Source: Candidatus Sulfomarinibacteraceae bacterium
Lineage (GTDB): Bacteria; Acidobacteriota; Thermoanaerobaculia; Thermoanaerobaculales; Sulfomarinibacteraceae
Direction of reading: 5' to 3'
DNA: 64,000 nucleotides
NCBI GenBank assembly: GCA_963796455.1
Contig: CAWCLO010000001.1
Coordinates: forward strand, 64,001-128,000
Shown here: one piece after another, positions 60,668 to 64,000 of the stretch
Layout: each line of letters begins with the position of its first letter
How positions within the stretch are numbered: position 1 is the stretch's first letter
The notes under the pieces: generated by a model
What the model was told of the DNA's origin: nothing
What the model saw: only the letters and a program-made list of their open reading frames with translations
Databases searched by the model: none
Made by a program: the position numbers and the translations under genes

Positions 60668-63600
60668 TCAGCGCTCCGGATAATCAAAGGACAGATCCGG
60701 ATAGGGCGGTGCCTCGGGCACCGAACGCGGATCCTGCCGAATCTTTTCGAGCAGGTGCTCGATCGCGGTATCGAGTTGCGCATCCGAACCCATGAACGTC
60801 GCGTGGGGCAGATTGTCCACCACGATATCGGGCTCGACTCCGTGACCCTCGATCAACCACTCACCATCGGCACTGTAGACACCCATCATCGGCGCGCGGG
60901 CCAGCCCGCCGTCGGAGAGGCGATTGACCGAACTGAGCCAGATCTCTCCACCCCAGGTCCGCATGCCGATGATCTCGCCCAATCCAAGACGCCGGAATCC
61001 TTCGATCACCGCCTCGCCATCCGAGGCCGTGTTTTGATCGCACAGGGCGACCAGATGTCCCCGCGTGGCGTATTGCATGTTCCAGTAGGGTTCTCCAACC
61101 CGTGTTTTCCAATAGAACCAGGCCTGCCGGATCAACTTTTCGAGGATGATGCTGTCGATGTTGCCGCCGTTGTTGTGGCGGAAATCGAGGATGATCCCCT
61201 GCCGATTGAACACCGGGTAGAACTCGCGATACCAGGCCGAGATGTCCCGGCTGCCCATCGCACGGAGGTGGACATAGCCGATTTTCCCATCACTCTTGTC
61301 CTCGACCTCGATCCGGCGCGTGTACTCCCAATCTCGGTAGCGCAGTCCACGTTCGTCTCCGGTGGGAACGACGATGACATCCCGACTCGCCCCGCCGTCG
61401 GCTGATTTCACCCGCAACCGCACCTGTCTGTTTTCCTGGTTTCTCAGGAGGGCGCCGATGTGGTCCGCGCTCAGGGTGGCGAGACCGTTGACCGCCTCGA
61501 CGATGTCACCGGCGGAGATGCCGAGCAAGGGGTCGGCGAGCGGCGACCGCAGATCCGGCAGATCGGGGTCACTTTGATAGATATAGTCGATGCGGTACCC
61601 GCCTGCGTCGGGATCGCGGACGAGCCGCGCTCCGAGACCGGCGGCGTCGATATCGTCGGGGCCATCGCGCAGATCGCCTCCGCGGACGCTGGTATGCAAG
61701 GCTGAGAGTTCACCGACAAAACGGCCGATGAGATCGCTCAACTCGCCCCGGGTGGTCACCCGATCGACCAACGGCAGATATTTGTCGCGGACGGCGTTCC
61801 AATCGACACCGTGCATTGCAGGATCGTAGAAATAGTCGCGTTCCAGACGCCACGCATCGATGAAGATCTGGCGCCAATCCTCGCGAACGTCGATGGCGAA
61901 TGTCCAGCCGTCGAGATCGACCTTGTGCTCACCGAGCTTCGCCGGTTCGGCGGCCTTGGCATCGATGACAAAAAAGTCTTCTCCCTTGCGTAGCAGGAGT
62001 TTCTTGCCGTTCGCCGCGAGCTCGAAGGAACGCACGTCCTCGACCAGGGTTTTTGCCTCGACCTTTTCGTCGGATATCTCGGCGCCCATCAGGTGGGTCT
62101 TTGCTCCCAGACCCGAATCGCGCGACATCCAGAAAAGGGCCTCGGCGTTGACCCCGAGCCCATGGAAGTTCCCGGCGTCGACTGGAACCTCCCACACCCG
62201 TTCCCGTAGACCCTCGAGATCGATCTCTACCGGCGGGGTCCCGGGCTCTTCGCCATCCGGTTTTTCTTTCTTTTCCTTCTCTGGTTTTTCGAACAGCTCG
62301 TCATCAGGTCTGAATGGCGGGCGCAGATCATCCTGCAGCGAAACCTGGTAAATCTTCATCGCCTTGTCGAAATAGGGCTCGGGTTGGCGGGTGCCCCATG
62401 GGCTTCCGACAACCGATTGCAGATTGCGATCGGACAGAAAATAGAGCCATTTCCCATTGGGGCTCCACACGGCGTCGCTGCTGTTGAAGCGATCGCTGGT
62501 CACTGCGGTCAATTGGCCGCTCTTGGTGTCGTGGAGCCACAGCTGTTGGAAGGAATTGAGAGCCGCCTGAACAAACACCACCCACCGGCCGTCGGGCGAC
62601 CACGAGATATCCCCGACGCCCTCCCGGTTCGTTGAGATACGCTTCTGCGCTTTGCTTGCGAGATCGAGTAGCCACAGATCGGAGTTGTTGTCCGTGTAGG
62701 CGATCCACGCGCCGTCGGGAGATGGGTGACCTTGAAAACGGAGGATCGCCCCGTCGTCGGTGAGCACCGTAGAATCGCCGACGCCATCAGCCGGGAGGGT
62801 GGTGAATTCCAGTTCACCGCTCTCGTCCGAGAGCACCAGGATCTCATCGCCCGAGGGCATGAAAACGCCGTCGCGGAAACGCACTCCAGGAGTGTGCGAC
62901 GCCCGCAACCGACGTCCGGCCTTCGCCGGCGCCACAAAGACCCGCCCGCGTGCGGTGAGCACAACGCTCTCACCCTCGGGGTGGATATGGGCGGACGTCA
63001 GATACTGCATGGGTTTTTTCACCCACTTCTCGCGCAGTTGATCGAAATCGGATGCGAGGGTGATCGGGATCATGCTCGAGGCACCGCTCTCGAGATCGTG
63101 GAGCCACAGATCAGCACCGGTCTGATATGCGATACGCCCGCCGTGGAGATCGGCGGCGCGAACATCCCATCCGCTGTGGTTGGTGTGTTGCTCCAGGGTC
63201 CCTCCGTCGGAATCCATTGACCAGATATTCATCGTGCCGTCGCGATCGCTGATGAAATAGACTCGTCCGTTCCACCACATGGGACTATGGCTGCCGCCGG
63301 CATAGTCCGGAGTCAGCACCTCGGCTTCGGAGGCGTCCCTGGCAAACTTCCAGATTTTGCGCGCCGTGCCGCCCTGATATCTTTTCGTCACGTTGCGGTG
63401 ATAACCGGGACGAACAAAGAACAGGGTGTCTCCCGAATCGTCGTAGACGCCTTCACTGGCCTGGCTCAGCGGCACCCTGGTGTGAACCCTGCTTTCGAGG
63501 TCGATCGAAACCAACTGCAGATCCGGCAGGGTCGAGTAGTGAGAGGTCGCATAGACCAGCCCTCCATCCGGTGCCCAGGTCGTGGCGATCGACACCTCTG

Positions 63601-63922
63601 CTTCATAGGTCCATCTCGAGGGAAGACCTCCTGTGATCGGCATCGTGTAGATTTCTGCCGGTCCTTCATAGTTCGCGGTGAAGGCCACCATCGATCCGTC
63701 GTGAGAGATGACGGGGTGGCTTTCCGTTGCCGGATGACTGGTCAGCCGATGGGCCAGGCCTCCGTCGATCGGGACACTCCACAGATCACCCTCGGCAGAG
63801 AAGACCACGGTGTCGCCGTGGATGGCGGGGTGTTGGTAGTAGCCCTGGGTCGATTGCGCCCAGACGGAAGAAACGAGCAGAATGGAAAAAAGAAGCGCAG
63901 ATCCAACCCGAATTTTCATCAA
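60668..63922 (-). CDS. Tricorn-type S41 protease
   Basis: Signal peptide, beta-propeller repeats (AEGDLW, WSPDG), MHGVDW, PDZ-like domain, GYVHL, NNGGN, ASDGE (catalytic Ser), GMRTWGG, GVEPDI. Confidence 0.93.
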   Translation of the reverse strand: MMKIRVGSALLFSILLVSSVWAQSTQGYYQHPAIHGDTVVFSAEGDLWSVPIDGGLAHRLTSHPATESHPVISHDGSMVAFTANYEGPAEIYTMPITGGLPSRWTYEAEVSIATTWAPDGGLVYATSHYSTLPDLQLVSIDLESRVHTRVPLSQASEGVYDDSGDTLFFVRPGYHRNVTKRYQGGTARKIWKFARDASEAEVLTPDYAGGSHSPMWWNGRVYFISDRDGTMNIWSMDSDGGTLEQHTNHSGWDVRAADLHGGRIAYQTGADLWLHDLESGASSMIPITLASDFDQLREKWVKKPMQYLTSAHIHPEGESVVLTARGRVFVAPAKAGRRLRASHTPGVRFRDGVFMPSGDEILVLSDESGELEFTTLPADGVGDSTVLTDDGAILRFQGHPSPDGAWIAYTDNNSDLWLLDLASKAQKRISTNREGVGDISWSPDGRWVVFVQAALNSFQQLWLHDTKSGQLTAVTSDRFNSSDAVWSPNGKWLYFLSDRNLQSVVGSPWGTRQPEPYFDKAMKIYQVSLQDDLRPPFRPDDELFEKPEKEKKEKPDGEEPGTPPVEIDLEGLRERVWEVPVDAGNFHGLGVNAEALFWMSRDSGLGAKTHLMGAEISDEKVEAKTLVEDVRSFELAANGKKLLLRKGEDFFVIDAKAAEPAKLGEHKVDLDGWTFAIDVREDWRQIFIDAWRLERDYFYDPAMHGVDWNAVRDKYLPLVDRVTTRGELSDLIGRFVGELSALHTSVRGGDLRDGPDDIDAAGLGARLVRDPDAGGYRIDYIYQSDPDLPDLRSPLADPLLGISAGDIVEAVNGLATLSADHIGALLRNQENRQVRLRVKSADGGASRDVIVVPTGDERGLRYRDWEYTRRIEVEDKSDGKIGYVHLRAMGSRDISAWYREFYPVFNRQGIILDFRHNNGGNIDSIILEKLIRQAWFYWKTRVGEPYWNMQYATRGHLVALCDQNTASDGEAVIEGFRRLGLGEIIGMRTWGGEIWLSSVNRLSDGGLARAPMMGVYSADGEWLIEGHGVEPDIVVDNLPHATFMGSDAQLDTAIEHLLEKIRQDPRSVPEAPPYPDLSFDYPER

Positions 63923-64000
63923 ATCCTCCCTCTGTGGACCCCGTATCTTAGCCTGCCGCCCATCGCTATCGCTATCGGGATCGCTCTCGCTATCGACGTG

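Overview
GC-rich bacterial chromosomal window. The gene repertoire (VWA/TPR proteins, ABC3-type permeases, Hanks kinase-TPR, dissimilatory sulfur genes) suggests an anaerobic Acidobacteriota member, possibly Thermoanaerobaculia-like; this is inference only. 1-8.3 kb holds a dissimilatory sulfate-activation cluster: aprA (3' part), a Zn-finger protein, a YkgJ-family Cys-cluster protein, qmoABC and sat. A membrane pyrophosphatase (hppA) follows nearby. Next come a MacAB-like ABC exporter with three permeases, bcp, a cyclophilin, a Ser/Thr kinase-TPR, DUF4136 and a HEAT-PilT + PilT pair. Then tRNA-Arg(CCT), the surE-pcm-yqaA-acyP operon ending in a degenerate REC-GGDEF-EAL-like gene, iorAB with an ADP-forming acyl-CoA synthetase, EamA/SlyD/parvulin and cls. 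The window ends with a TPR/VWA/M1-peptidase operon, a PA-domain peptidase with a small partner, a vWA-VIT-sortase operon, a PGAM5-like phosphatase, EamA and tricorn protease. Many intergenic gaps are filled with modular repeats: 6-8-mer tandem arrays, CGCAGAT triplets, REP doublets, a palindromic MITE and a three-copy ~0.4 kb element. Single-base frameshifts cluster at 2-7 kb and 55-57.5 kb and are most likely sequencing errors. The best novelty candidates are the HEAT-PilT/PilT pair with complementary degenerate motifs, the three-copy structured element, the diderm sortase operon with a LARTA target, and an oxidiser-like Sat within the apr-qmo cluster.
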